DNA from: a virus
Taxonomy: Duplodnaviria; Caudoviricetes
Virus record (IMG/VR): IMGVR_UViG_3300049846_000828
Location: 1 to 52,289 of that record
Length of the DNA stretch: 52,289 nucleotides
Reading direction: 5' to 3' (one strand)
Positions 25,876-36,035 of the stretch are shown piece by piece. Every line of letters begins with the position of its first letter. Within the stretch, counting starts at the first letter, position 1. A program made the position numbers and the translations under genes. Under the pieces are notes generated by a model. The model saw nothing but the letters and a program-made list of their open reading frames with translations. It searched no databases and was not told where the DNA came from.

Positions 25876-28544
25876 TGCGAAAGCATGAACTGGTCTATGC
25901 CCTCAATGCAGGCGGCGTGGACCCCGATGCACTGTCCCGTGTCGATCTTGAATCGATGCGGCTGGCTGGCGAGCACCCCGTTGCAAACCTTTTGCCGAAT
26001 GTGCTTGGCCCCGCTGGTCTGAGACCGGGAACGCAAAGCCTATTCCGCATCACGGGTGACCCGCAGACCAGGTCCATCAAGTTCGAGCGCTCGACCGGCA
26101 ACAGCTATATCCTGCTGATGTCGCCCGGTGAGATGCGCGTTGTGTCGAGTGGGGCTATCGTGCAAGTCCCCGCAGTGGCCACGGCGATCAACTCTGGCTC
26201 TTGGACCAACGTGTCGACGGCGCCTGCGACAGCCGTGGCTGGCCCGCCGATGGTCCTCACGGCAACCAAGGTGCACAAAGCCAAGATACGCCAGACTGTC
26301 ACGGTGGCCTCTGGCGATCAGAACATGGCACACGTGCTGCGGGTCGACGTCACGCTGGGTCCGGTTTACGTCCGGGTCGGCACCACGGCGGGCGGGCAAG
26401 AGCTTCTACGCGACGCCGCGCTCGACACCGGTATTCACAAGATCGCATTCACCCCGACAACAGGCACGATCTATGTGGAGATCAGTTCAGTCGATACCGT
26501 ATCTCGCATCATAAGCACGGTGCAGTTCGAATCGACGCTGATTGGCGGAACCGGCGATCTTGTCATCCCGACACCTTGGTCGACATGGGCCGCGGTGCAG
26601 GCCCTGCGTGTCTGGCAGTCGATCGACGTGATGTTCATTGGCGACGGCTTGGCGCAGCCGCGCCGGATCACTCATCGGGGAATCCAGTCCTGGGGTCTCG
26701 AGCTTTACAAAACCGACGATGGACCGTTTGTAGCTGGGTCTGACAAGATCGCTCTGACGCCGTCTGCGACACGTGGCAACATTACGATAACGGCTTCGGA
26801 AAGCTATTTCGAGACCGGCCACGTTGGGGCTCTGATCGAGATAACCCAGACGTCCAAGGTGATTTCTGACACACTGGCCGGCAACGGCCAAGCGACGGAC
26901 TATATTACGGTTGTCGGTGTCGGCACGCCCAATCGCCAATACGTTCGAGGAAGCACGCAAACGGCCTTCATTGGCCGTCTCGTCATTGAACGATCATTCG
27001 ACCCTGGCGAGCCGTCTTCGTGGTCTCTTGTTCAGGCTTGGGTCGATGCCGCGGCCACAGTCGCTCCGGGCGCGGTGGTCGATCCCAACGACAACATGAC
27101 AGTGCACTACCGCTATCGCGTCGACAACTATACGTCTGGATCTGTTGCCATCAACCTCAACTACGATTCCGGCGTTGCGACAGGGATTGCCAGGATCACG
27201 GGCTATACCAGCCCAACGCAGGTCTCAGCCGAAGTCGTCTCTGATTTCGGCAACAACACGTCAAGCTATCAATGGCGCATTGGGGATTGGTCGCAATTGC
27301 GGGGCTGGCCTCGTATTCCCGTCATTCATGACAGCCGGTTGCATTGGTTCCGCAAGGACTATGACTTCGGCTCTTATGTCGACGACTACACGAACTTCGA
27401 TGACAACAAGACCGGGGATAGCGCGACGTTCACGCGCTCGGTCGGGTCGGGCGGTGAAGACGGGGTCATTTGGGCCGTCTCGGAAAACCGGCTGCTTGCA
27501 GGAACGCCATCGTTCGAAGCAGCGATTGCAGCCTCAGAGCTTGACGAGCCGCTGACGCCGACTGCCTACACCGTGCGCAAGATCAGCCGCCGCGGCTGTG
27601 CCGATATCGAGCCCGCCGTCTATGACGAAGGGCTGTTCTACGTTCAGAGGTCGGGGCGCAAGCTCTACAAGATCTCGATGGATGCTTCCCGGTACAAGTC
27701 GCAATACATCAGTCGGTTGAACCCGAAGGCGTATGCTTCGGGAATTTCGCGGGTGGTGGTTCAGCAGCAGCCGGACACCCGCATTTATTCGGTGATGTCG
27801 GACGGGACCATGACGGTCCTAACGCATGAACCCGATGACAAAGTCGTTGCTATCACCACGATCAGCCTGACGGGCGGGCTCATCGAGGATGTCTGCGTTT
27901 TGTCGGGAGCCGACCAAGACGACGTTTATGTCGTCGTCAACCGCTCTGGCGCTCGCTATGTCGAACGGTTCGCCAAGGAATCGGACCAGCGCTCTGTGTC
28001 GACGTGTGCGCTTCTCGACGCTCACAAGGTGCTAACGGGTTCGGTCTCGTCCATCACGGGCGGAACGCACTTGGCAGGGCAGACGGTTCAGGTCTGGGCC
28101 GATGGCCAGCGCCGGGCGGATGTGACGCTCAATGGCAGCGGGGTTGCAGCGCTCGAGGCGACGTATTCCCGTGTCGTCTACGGGAAGTCGTATCAGGCCG
28201 TGTTCAAGTCGGTAAAGCTCGCCTATGCGGCGCAGCTCGGCACGGCGGTTGGGCAAACCAAGATCGTCAAGGGCGTGGCGCTGGTGCTTTCCAATTCATG
28301 TCTTGATGGTATCCGCGTGGGGCGTGATGCCAGCAACTTGGAACCGCTGCCGGATATCTTCAACGGTGCCGTGCGCACAAAAAATCAGTTCTTCGCTCAC
28401 TACGATCAAGACGTCATGCCCATCAACTCGACATGGGACACGGACGCTCGTGTCTATCTGACGGTTGATAGCGCAGAGGGACCGTTCACGGCTCAAGCCA
28501 TGGTCATCGATATCGAGACTCAAGATGGCGTTACGCAGGGCTGA
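25875..28544 (+). CDS. Tail nozzle (tubular protein B, gp12-like)
   Basis: 889 aa with LNAGGVDP start, QSIDVMF, GWPR, FYVQRSGRK and HLAGQTVQVWADG. Confidence 0.85.
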   Translation: MRKHELVYALNAGGVDPDALSRVDLESMRLAGEHPVANLLPNVLGPAGLRPGTQSLFRITGDPQTRSIKFERSTGNSYILLMSPGEMRVVSSGAIVQVPAVATAINSGSWTNVSTAPATAVAGPPMVLTATKVHKAKIRQTVTVASGDQNMAHVLRVDVTLGPVYVRVGTTAGGQELLRDAALDTGIHKIAFTPTTGTIYVEISSVDTVSRIISTVQFESTLIGGTGDLVIPTPWSTWAAVQALRVWQSIDVMFIGDGLAQPRRITHRGIQSWGLELYKTDDGPFVAGSDKIALTPSATRGNITITASESYFETGHVGALIEITQTSKVISDTLAGNGQATDYITVVGVGTPNRQYVRGSTQTAFIGRLVIERSFDPGEPSSWSLVQAWVDAAATVAPGAVVDPNDNMTVHYRYRVDNYTSGSVAINLNYDSGVATGIARITGYTSPTQVSAEVVSDFGNNTSSYQWRIGDWSQLRGWPRIPVIHDSRLHWFRKDYDFGSYVDDYTNFDDNKTGDSATFTRSVGSGGEDGVIWAVSENRLLAGTPSFEAAIAASELDEPLTPTAYTVRKISRRGCADIEPAVYDEGLFYVQRSGRKLYKISMDASRYKSQYISRLNPKAYASGISRVVVQQQPDTRIYSVMSDGTMTVLTHEPDDKVVAITTISLTGGLIEDVCVLSGADQDDVYVVVNRSGARYVERFAKESDQRSVSTCALLDAHKVLTGSVSSITGGTHLAGQTVQVWADGQRRADVTLNGSGVAALEATYSRVVYGKSYQAVFKSVKLAYAAQLGTAVGQTKIVKGVALVLSNSCLDGIRVGRDASNLEPLPDIFNGAVRTKNQFFAHYDQDVMPINSTWDTDARVYLTVDSAEGPFTAQAMVIDIETQDGVTQG

Positions 28545-28881
28545 GGATGCCGATTGGGAAGCCATGACCGGAATGCCGGCGCCAAGTGATTGGTTCGGCT
28601 TGGTCGAGGCGTCGAACTATCTTATCGAGGGCATGGGCGCCATTTACCGCGATATGTGCGGACGTTGGTGGTTTGCGTTTCAGCGAGTCCCGTTTGCTGG
28701 TAAAATCAAGACGGCGCACAAAGCGGCTAAAGTGCTGCTGAATGAAGCGGCTGAGCGTGGCATCGAAGTCCGCGCGATAGCTGACCCTAGGATCGACGGT
28801 TCGCAGTTGTGGATTGAGCGTTTGGGATTCAAGAAAACTGACGAAGAAATCGAGGGGCATGCGGTATGGCTGATCCAGTGA
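28525..28881 (+). CDS. GNAT-like internal virion protein A (gp13-like)
   Basis: SQLWIERLGFK motif, located after the nozzle. Confidence 0.65.
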   Translation: MALRRAEDADWEAMTGMPAPSDWFGLVEASNYLIEGMGAIYRDMCGRWWFAFQRVPFAGKIKTAHKAAKVLLNEAAERGIEVRAIADPRIDGSQLWIERLGFKKTDEEIEGHAVWLIQ

Positions 28882-29429
28882 CGATGGCAGCCATAGGCAC
28901 CTATGCGCAGACCGCTGCTACAGCGGCAACCGCTGCGATTGGGGCCTATACGACGGTTGCCAGTGCTGATGCCGCCAAGAAAAAGGCTGAAGCGGAAGGT
29001 GCATGGGCGCAGCGGCGTGCCGATGAAGAGCGTGCGGCCGGTCAGCGCCAGGCCAGCGAGGACAAGCGCAAGGCCGACATTCTGCAAAGCAGGCTCGGGG
29101 CTGTGGCTGGCGCATCTGGTTCCGGTGCATCGGACCCCACGGTCATGAACATCTGGGGCGATATTGAGCGCCAAGGCGACGTCAACGCCGGGGTGGCGCA
29201 AGCCTCATCGCAGAGCAAGGCCGATGCGATCAGCTATCAGTCAGCCCTTGACCGCTGGAGCGCCGATAGCAACGCGAAGATGGCGAAGATTGGTGCGGCT
29301 GGCACGTTGATTGGCGGGCTCGGCAGCGCCTACAGCAAGTATAGCGATGGGATGTCTCGTCTACCGTCCCGCATGTCGGCGCGATATGGCGGGTGGCAGA
29401 CCACAGTGCGCACCGGGTATGGCCGATGA
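28866..29429 (+). CDS. Internal virion/ejection protein (gp14-like)
   Basis: MADPVTMAAI, Ala/Gly-rich hydrophobic ends and ASGSG. Confidence 0.75.
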   Translation: MADPVTMAAIGTYAQTAATAATAAIGAYTTVASADAAKKKAEAEGAWAQRRADEERAAGQRQASEDKRKADILQSRLGAVAGASGSGASDPTVMNIWGDIERQGDVNAGVAQASSQSKADAISYQSALDRWSADSNAKMAKIGAAGTLIGGLGSAYSKYSDGMSRLPSRMSARYGGWQTTVRTGYGR

Positions 29430-29785
29430 GCGACCGCAAATCACGCCCGCTAGATCTTCGCCTCCATGGCGAGATGACTGTTGTGCTCATGGAGCTGGAC
29501 GTCATCAAGGACCAGATCGCGGACCTCACCAAAAAGGCAGAGGCCCCGCCGCAGGTCATCCATATCACCGAGACGCAGCCGGTTGCTGATCCGGCGCCAC
29601 CGGTCGACCTAAGCCCCATCCGTCAGGACTTGTTTGAATTGTCCCGCACCGTGTCCGTGTTGCGGGACCGTTGTGCGCAGCTTGAGCGGATTGCGTCGCA
29701 GCCGAAACCACAGCCAGGGCCTGTGCGCATTCGCGTTACGAGGCGGGACATCAACGACAACATCATTGAAGTGGAAAGCTACTGA
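29426..29785 (+). CDS. Hypothetical protein (start of inserted structural module)
   Basis: Coiled coil plus RIRVTRRDINDNIIEV end. Confidence 0.65.
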   Translation: MSDRKSRPLDLRLHGEMTVVLMELDVIKDQIADLTKKAEAPPQVIHITETQPVADPAPPVDLSPIRQDLFELSRTVSVLRDRCAQLERIASQPKPQPGPVRIRVTRRDINDNIIEVESY

Positions 29786-30216
29786 TGAGCAAGGGCAATA
29801 CGTTCGAAAACGATCTTCTCAAACTGATCTTCAACGCAACGGCCATCGCCAACATCGCCGACAATGCGGGCACGTCACCGCTTACTAACCTTTATGTCTC
29901 GCTTCATACGGGCGACCCCGGCGAGGCGGGCGATCAGACGACAAGCGAAGCGACCTATACCAGCTATGCTCGTGTCGCCGTGGCGCGGTCTGGGGTTGGC
30001 TGGACCGTCAGCGGCAACCAGGCCACCAACGCTGCGCTCATCCAGTTTCCGCAGTGCACCGGCAGCAGCAACACCATCACGCACTTTGCGGTCGGCACCG
30101 CGGCGTCTTCGACGGGCAAGGTGCTCTATAAGGGCGCGCTGTCGTCGTCGCTGGCCGTGTCGTCTGGTATTCAGCCGCAGTTCGCCGCGGGCGACCTCGA
30201 TATCTCGGAAGATTGA
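29785..30216 (+). CDS. Virion structural protein (fibre/spike base-like)
   Basis: FENDLLKLIFN...LYVSLHTGDPGE...YARVAV...ITHFAVG...FAAGDLDI pattern. Confidence 0.75.
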   Translation: MSKGNTFENDLLKLIFNATAIANIADNAGTSPLTNLYVSLHTGDPGEAGDQTTSEATYTSYARVAVARSGVGWTVSGNQATNAALIQFPQCTGSSNTITHFAVGTAASSTGKVLYKGALSSSLAVSSGIQPQFAAGDLDISED

Positions 30217-31070
30217 TGCCGGGCTTCAAATCTATTGACGACTACGCATCGGCCTACCTCAACGGTGCGCTGACCATCAGCAGCTTTCGAAAGTCGCCAA
30301 CGCAGGCGACGACGATTGGCAACTGGATGGACATGAGCATGGCATCGGGAAGCCCGGTGCCGAACTACTATGCGTCAACGCCACTAACGGCAGCACGGTT
30401 GGACACGCAAGCGGGGATCTATCACGGTCCGCCGGTGTCTCCGGCCAAGAAGTTCCTGCACACGCTCAGCGTCATGAACAACACGGCCAACGCCGCGCCG
30501 TCGACGTGGTATCTCTGCGATTACGTTCTTTACTACCCCTTCATCGACATGGATGCAGTTGGTGAAGAGCAGACCATGACCAACACAGTCACGCTCGACC
30601 GCTACACGGATGGAGCAGGCTTGCGGTTGATGATGGTGAATGTCGCCCCGACCATCGGTGGCGGACAGTTCACACTCAGCTACGTCAATCAGGACGGCGT
30701 GACGAAAACCACGCCCAATCACTTCTGCTCGGCTGCAACCAACATCGCGACCATCACGGCGACGACGGACGCAGCCGGTGGTTTCTCGCCTTTTATCGCG
30801 CTGGCTGAAGGTGACTCAGGCGTGCGCAGTGTCAACAGCGTGACGTTCTCTGTTGCCAATGGCGGTCTAGCGGCTCTGGTCATCGTCAAGCCGCTGCGCA
30901 CCATCCGCATGCGCGAGGCGAACGTGGCAACCGAAGTGCAAAGCATCGTTGGTGCCCCGGATGCCCCGCAAATCATGGACAATGCGTATCTCAACTTCAT
31001 CGGGCACACGCCCACGGGTTCGCTCGCGTCGACGATTTTCGCGGGCATGATCGAGACCACCTGGAGCTGA
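30216..31070 (+). CDS. Virion structural protein, paralogue of 31072-32013
   Basis: Shares motifs with the next gene, e.g. PFIALAEGDSGVRSVNSVTFS. Confidence 0.7.
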   Translation: MPGFKSIDDYASAYLNGALTISSFRKSPTQATTIGNWMDMSMASGSPVPNYYASTPLTAARLDTQAGIYHGPPVSPAKKFLHTLSVMNNTANAAPSTWYLCDYVLYYPFIDMDAVGEEQTMTNTVTLDRYTDGAGLRLMMVNVAPTIGGGQFTLSYVNQDGVTKTTPNHFCSAATNIATITATTDAAGGFSPFIALAEGDSGVRSVNSVTFSVANGGLAALVIVKPLRTIRMREANVATEVQSIVGAPDAPQIMDNAYLNFIGHTPTGSLASTIFAGMIETTWS

Positions 31071-31071
31071 C

Positions 31072-32013
31072 ATGGGATTTTCTTCGCAAGACGATCTGAC
31101 AACCCAGATCACGACCAACGGCAAGTTCCTGCGTCACGACTACAACAAGCTGATCGTGACAGCACAGGTCGCGGGCTCGTGGCATGATCTTGGGGCCTTG
31201 GGTGGATATCCCTTTGCCGATACGGCAACGCCCGGCAACAACTACGCTGGAACGTCTCTCACGTATGTCGCGACGACCGACACCAGCACATTGCCAAGCC
31301 CCATCTGGCATGGTGGCAACGTCTCGACGGCAACCAAGCACATTCTCAACGTGATGGCCTTGTGCGGTCCGGCAGCAGCCGGTGCCCCTTGGGTGCTGAT
31401 GCTTGTCGATCAGCTTGGCTATGTGCGCATTCAAGGCGCGTCCTCTGCCGATGTGACCGGCACGGGCTTGCGCACGGTGACCATGACGGCGCTCAACGCT
31501 GGCTCGCGCTATCCCTACGGTGAGGGAAGCCGCTGCTATTTCTCGACGCTCGTTGCTCCCGCGACCGGTGGTCCGAACATCACATCGTTCACCTACACGA
31601 ACAGCAATTCGACGCCGGTCACAGGCAAGACCATGCCATACACGGTGTCCATGGCGGCAACGCCGGTTGTCACGCAGATGCCCCACACGGGCAACGCTGC
31701 CAATAGGTACGGTCCTTTCCTGCCGTTGGCGGCTGGTGATACCGGGATTGCCGATATCGAGAGCTTCACGTTCTCAGGCGGCACGGCCTACACCGGCACG
31801 ACGGGCGTCCTCGTCCTGCATCATGTGGTGCCCTTGCTCACCATTCCGGTTCTGGCCTCTGGCGTGGCGGCGGAACGCGATCTGGTCAATCAGCTACCGT
31901 CAATGCCGAGGGTTCGCGACGGTGCGCACTTGAAATGGCTGATGTTCGCAACCGGTGCGACCACGGCTAACTCGCCATTCGTTGCCAGCCTCGACTTTGC
32001 CTGGGGCGGCTGA
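31072..32013 (+). CDS. Virion structural protein, paralogue of 30216-31070
   Basis: PFLPLAAGDTGIADIESFTFS. Confidence 0.7.
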   Translation: MGFSSQDDLTTQITTNGKFLRHDYNKLIVTAQVAGSWHDLGALGGYPFADTATPGNNYAGTSLTYVATTDTSTLPSPIWHGGNVSTATKHILNVMALCGPAAAGAPWVLMLVDQLGYVRIQGASSADVTGTGLRTVTMTALNAGSRYPYGEGSRCYFSTLVAPATGGPNITSFTYTNSNSTPVTGKTMPYTVSMAATPVVTQMPHTGNAANRYGPFLPLAAGDTGIADIESFTFSGGTAYTGTTGVLVLHHVVPLLTIPVLASGVAAERDLVNQLPSMPRVRDGAHLKWLMFATGATTANSPFVASLDFAWGG

Positions 32014-32801
32014 TGGCTCTGCTCGGTAACGCTGGACTTCATGCAAGGGGGCCGGTTCGGAGCTTTGGCATTCTCTCGCCTGGCAACGAACGGTCATCTT
32101 GGCAACAGTCCGGCCAGATGCGGAACTTTCAGCTTCACGATTCCCGCCCGACCGGTGCCAACAAATCTGGTTATCCTTCGGGTCGTGTGCATCCCTACGC
32201 CTGGTCCATGCCGACCAAGCCGGGTGGTATCGCCTCGATCCTTGAGGCGGAAGGTGTCGCGACGGTCACGGGTGCGGCTGCACTCGGTGTCAACGGCGCT
32301 GGTACGTCTGACGGTGTCGCAACGGTCACTGGTTCGGCGCAGCTCGTGGTGTCTGCGGTCGGTGAGGCACTAGGTGCGGCCACTGCGACCGGTACAGCGC
32401 TTGCCGTTCTGCTGGCTGTTGGGTCGTCAACCGGTGCCGCAACCGTGTCAGGGGCGACCACGGCGCTTGGCTTCGCACTTGGATCGAGTGACGGCGTGGC
32501 CACGTCCAGTGTCACGCTGACGGCCACGGGCGCATTGCAGGGCACGATTGATGTGGCTGCGGTTCAGGATCTCACGGCATCCGGCATCGCTGAAGAGATG
32601 CTGGACGCTCAACTTGTCGAAACCGGGCTCACGGTTCGCGAGACGCTGCGGCTATGTGTGGCGGCACTGGCTGGCAAGGTCTCAGGTGCTGGCACTCCAA
32701 CCATCACGTTCCGTAGTTTTGGAGACGACAAGAACAGGATTGTTGCGTCGGTTGATGGCACTGGCAACCGCACCTCACTCACCTATGATGTGAGTGGATA
32801 A
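32013..32801 (+). CDS. Gly/Ala/Thr-rich fibre-like protein
   Basis: Repeated G.A(T/S)VTG units and C-terminal LAGKVSG...KNRIVASVDGTGNR. Confidence 0.7.
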   Translation: MALLGNAGLHARGPVRSFGILSPGNERSSWQQSGQMRNFQLHDSRPTGANKSGYPSGRVHPYAWSMPTKPGGIASILEAEGVATVTGAAALGVNGAGTSDGVATVTGSAQLVVSAVGEALGAATATGTALAVLLAVGSSTGAATVSGATTALGFALGSSDGVATSSVTLTATGALQGTIDVAAVQDLTASGIAEEMLDAQLVETGLTVRETLRLCVAALAGKVSGAGTPTITFRSFGDDKNRIVASVDGTGNRTSLTYDVSG

Positions 32802-33055
32802 TGCTGCCCGAAGACTTCTTTCCATACGCCTACTTCGGTGAATACTTCCAGCAAACGGAAGGCACTGGATTTATCTCGGGCATAGCGCATGGCAGCGCGA
32901 CGGCATCGGCTACAATCAGTTATGTGGGTGTTGGTGAAGTTGATGACGGTGGTCCGTTCCTTGGGCGGCCAGCCCGCCGCAAGCGCCGCGAAGAGCGTGA
33001 CCTAAGAGATCTGCAAGTCATCATGGAGCGCATGATCAATGCCCAGGCTGCCTGA
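32801..33055 (+). CDS. Hypothetical protein (end of inserted module)
   Basis: 84 aa, coupled. Confidence 0.6.
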   Translation: MLPEDFFPYAYFGEYFQQTEGTGFISGIAHGSATASATISYVGVGEVDDGGPFLGRPARRKRREERDLRDLQVIMERMINAQAA

Positions 33056-36035
33056 CGCCAACCAACTGCCGACCAGGGCTTTTCAGCCAAGCTCCGGGTC
33101 GATCAGTGTCAAGACGCCGGACTATGGCGCTGTTGCTAGAGGCGCTGAAGCTCTTTCGTCTGGCGTCGATGCCATCAGCCGTGGCTTTCAAGCCAATCTC
33201 AAGGCCGAAGAAGAAATCGACGATTACGAGACCCGCAAGAACATTCTCGATTTCCGTCTGAAGACCGAGATGGAACTGGAGGAAATGAAGCGGGACATGC
33301 CGGCCGGTGGCGCCGGATGGACAGATGCATGGTCGAAGCACTTTGCCAAGCGGGCGGCTGAGTTTGTTGGCCGCGACGACCGCAACATCCCCATGACGCA
33401 GAGGGCCAAGGTCGGTCTGATCCTGAAGCAGCATGAGACGGGACTTGCAGAGCGGGCGCAGCGCTATGAATTGGCGGAGCGTGACAGGCAGCATGTCGAC
33501 AGTCTCGAAACCCAGCTCGGCACCTTGCGGGATGTGGTTGGCACCAACCCGGCACGCCGTGACGAGATGTTCGATGAGGGACGCAAGCAGATCGAGCTTT
33601 CGCGTATTCCGCAGCCGGACAAGCACCGCCTTCTCAAGAAATACGACAAGACGCTCGACCAGACGCAGGCGACCGCCCGCATTCTCGGCATGTCCAACGT
33701 CGAGGACCGCGAGGCATTCAGGAAGGAGCTGAGGCTAGATCAGGAAGACGCGCCTGTTGGCTCGAATGCTCATTCCGTTCTGACGTCTGGCGTTGCCAAG
33801 GGCAAGCCTGCCGGCTGGGCTGCAAGCGACCCGACATGGGCGAAGCTGTCGCAGTATGAGCGAGCAGCAGCCATGGCACTCATGGAAGCCGACGGGATGG
33901 ACCCGCAAGCGGCTCGTAATGCGCTCGGCGCCATGATTAATCGCGCGGCCAAGAACGGCGAAGACCTCGGCGCGCACGTTAGCCAGAAGATCTATCAGCC
34001 GACCATTGAGCCAGCACAGCAGCAACGGCTTTCGAAGATTCTGAACTCCAAGGCGTTCAGCGATTTGACGTCGTGGGCCGCACGCCGCGCCAAGGGCGAA
34101 GAGCCCGACCCCGTTCAGGGGGCTACGCACTTCCTTGCGTCTGAGAAGACGATGCTGGCGCTCGAGGCCAAGGAGCCGCAGAAATACCGCTCGTGGCGCA
34201 AGTGGACCGGCTTTGACGGGACCGAATACAAAGGCGTCATCACGCGCGACGGCAGCCATGCGTTTCTAGCTCCTGAAGGTGCCAGGACTGAAGATGGCGT
34301 GGCCACGGTCGAAGACCCCAATGCCCCGCGCAAGCCCTATTCCAATCTCACGCTGATGGAGCGCCGCGAGATCTGGAACAAGGCCGACACGGAATGGAAA
34401 AAGAAGATCGGGGAAGCCGACACGCTCATCAAGCATATGCGCGAACGCGCGGTGAATGGCGAGCTGCCGCCCGACGTCGAAATCAACGCCATTGCCGAAC
34501 GGGTCAAGAAGTATGGCGATGAGGGCTTAGCCTCTCGCTTCTCATCCATGGTCGGTTTGGCCGATACGATCAACCGCATCCACAACAATCCTCCGGCAGC
34601 CGGTGAGGCATATGTCCGCCAGGTAAGAGCGGCTATCTCCGACGCCCAAGGCGGGCGGATGACCGAAGAGCAGATGACCACGCTCAAGGCGATGGAAAAG
34701 GCCGTCGAGGTCAACCGCAAGAACACCAACGAAGATGCATTCGGTTGGGCTGCCAAGCGCGGCATGGAGGTTCCAACGGGGGAACCGGTAGCACCAGGCG
34801 CCACGGATGAACTCGGTCAGCCCATGGCGCAACCGACGCGCAGGATCGTTGCCAAGCCGATCGACTTCAACCCGGCCAACAAGACGTTGGATGTGGACCT
34901 CGCTGATCGGTTTAATTCCGCACGTGATCTTGCCCGCTATCAGGGCCAGCCCATTCAGGTGTTCACCAAGGGTGATCGTGACGCTCTTAGGGATTTCATC
35001 GGCCGCGGTGGTCCGCCAATGATTTATGTGCTCTCGAAGATCGTCGAGCATGGCGGTGACGATGCGCTAGATGCCATCCAAGAGTTCTCGAAGGATGCGC
35101 CGGAAGCGCTGATGATTGGGAAGCTCGTGCAGGAGGGGGGAGATCCCTACCTTATCAACACGGCTGCCGCTGAAATCCAGAAGCGCGCGAAGGACGGCGA
35201 GAAGTACATCAACAAGGTCGACAAGAAGCTTGCCGAGCCCGATGTGGCGGCATTGATGCCAGCGCTGCAGATGACCCCCGGCATGGTCGACCCGGTCCAG
35301 CACATGACCAATCTGCTCTACAACTTCGAGCACCGCCGGCAGGGCAAGGACCAGTTCGATAGCAAGCTCTACGTCGACACGATGCGCAAGGTGTTGGGCG
35401 AGCGCAAGGACGCCAAGGGCAACGTCTACGGCGGGATTGGCACGCAGGGCGGATCGTGGGGCTTCGACGGCAAATGGTCAAGCTATGTGCAAGTTCCAGG
35501 CGAGATCAAACAGAACTCTTTCGACGAGATGGTCAACGCCATCCGCGTCGAAGACTTCAACGGCAACATGCCTGTTGACGACGAGAAGAAACCCCTGAGC
35601 CTTCGCGAGATCCAGACCGCGACTTGGCGTAGTCTGGGCAATGGCCGCTATGGGCTGATGATGGGGACTTCGGCAAATGGGCGCGAGCAGTTCGCCTTGG
35701 ACGTCAATGGCAGGCCCTATGTGCTCGACGTCAAGCCGATGCTCGGCAATATCCGGACGCGCAAGCCTGAGATCTTCGATGTATCCGGGCAGATGATGCG
35801 CTTGAGCGAAAACCAAGACGGCGGCGACTTCGAACAGCTTGGCTCGGTCATGGCTGGAATCGATGGGCTTGCCAGCTACACGCCTGGTCCAGTGCAGAGC
35901 GACAACATCCAAGATAGGCGGAAGCAGGACGCCGATGGCGTCTATGACAGTAGTTGGACCCGGAGCCAGCAGAAGCTACCGCGCGCCGAAAACGCCCCGC
36001 GTGAGTTCCAGAACATCATCCCGAGGCTGAACTAA
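33039..36035 (+). CDS. Internal virion protein (gp15-like) with SleB/Hydrolase_2-like muralytic domain
   Basis: MALMEADG...AMINRA...DPVQGATHF...DGSHAF at about 33850-34270. Confidence 0.75.
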   Translation: MPRLPDANQLPTRAFQPSSGSISVKTPDYGAVARGAEALSSGVDAISRGFQANLKAEEEIDDYETRKNILDFRLKTEMELEEMKRDMPAGGAGWTDAWSKHFAKRAAEFVGRDDRNIPMTQRAKVGLILKQHETGLAERAQRYELAERDRQHVDSLETQLGTLRDVVGTNPARRDEMFDEGRKQIELSRIPQPDKHRLLKKYDKTLDQTQATARILGMSNVEDREAFRKELRLDQEDAPVGSNAHSVLTSGVAKGKPAGWAASDPTWAKLSQYERAAAMALMEADGMDPQAARNALGAMINRAAKNGEDLGAHVSQKIYQPTIEPAQQQRLSKILNSKAFSDLTSWAARRAKGEEPDPVQGATHFLASEKTMLALEAKEPQKYRSWRKWTGFDGTEYKGVITRDGSHAFLAPEGARTEDGVATVEDPNAPRKPYSNLTLMERREIWNKADTEWKKKIGEADTLIKHMRERAVNGELPPDVEINAIAERVKKYGDEGLASRFSSMVGLADTINRIHNNPPAAGEAYVRQVRAAISDAQGGRMTEEQMTTLKAMEKAVEVNRKNTNEDAFGWAAKRGMEVPTGEPVAPGATDELGQPMAQPTRRIVAKPIDFNPANKTLDVDLADRFNSARDLARYQGQPIQVFTKGDRDALRDFIGRGGPPMIYVLSKIVEHGGDDALDAIQEFSKDAPEALMIGKLVQEGGDPYLINTAAAEIQKRAKDGEKYINKVDKKLAEPDVAALMPALQMTPGMVDPVQHMTNLLYNFEHRRQGKDQFDSKLYVDTMRKVLGERKDAKGNVYGGIGTQGGSWGFDGKWSSYVQVPGEIKQNSFDEMVNAIRVEDFNGNMPVDDEKKPLSLREIQTATWRSLGNGRYGLMMGTSANGREQFALDVNGRPYVLDVKPMLGNIRTRKPEIFDVSGQMMRLSENQDGGDFEQLGSVMAGIDGLASYTPGPVQSDNIQDRRKQDADGVYDSSWTRSQQKLPRAENAPREFQNIIPRLN

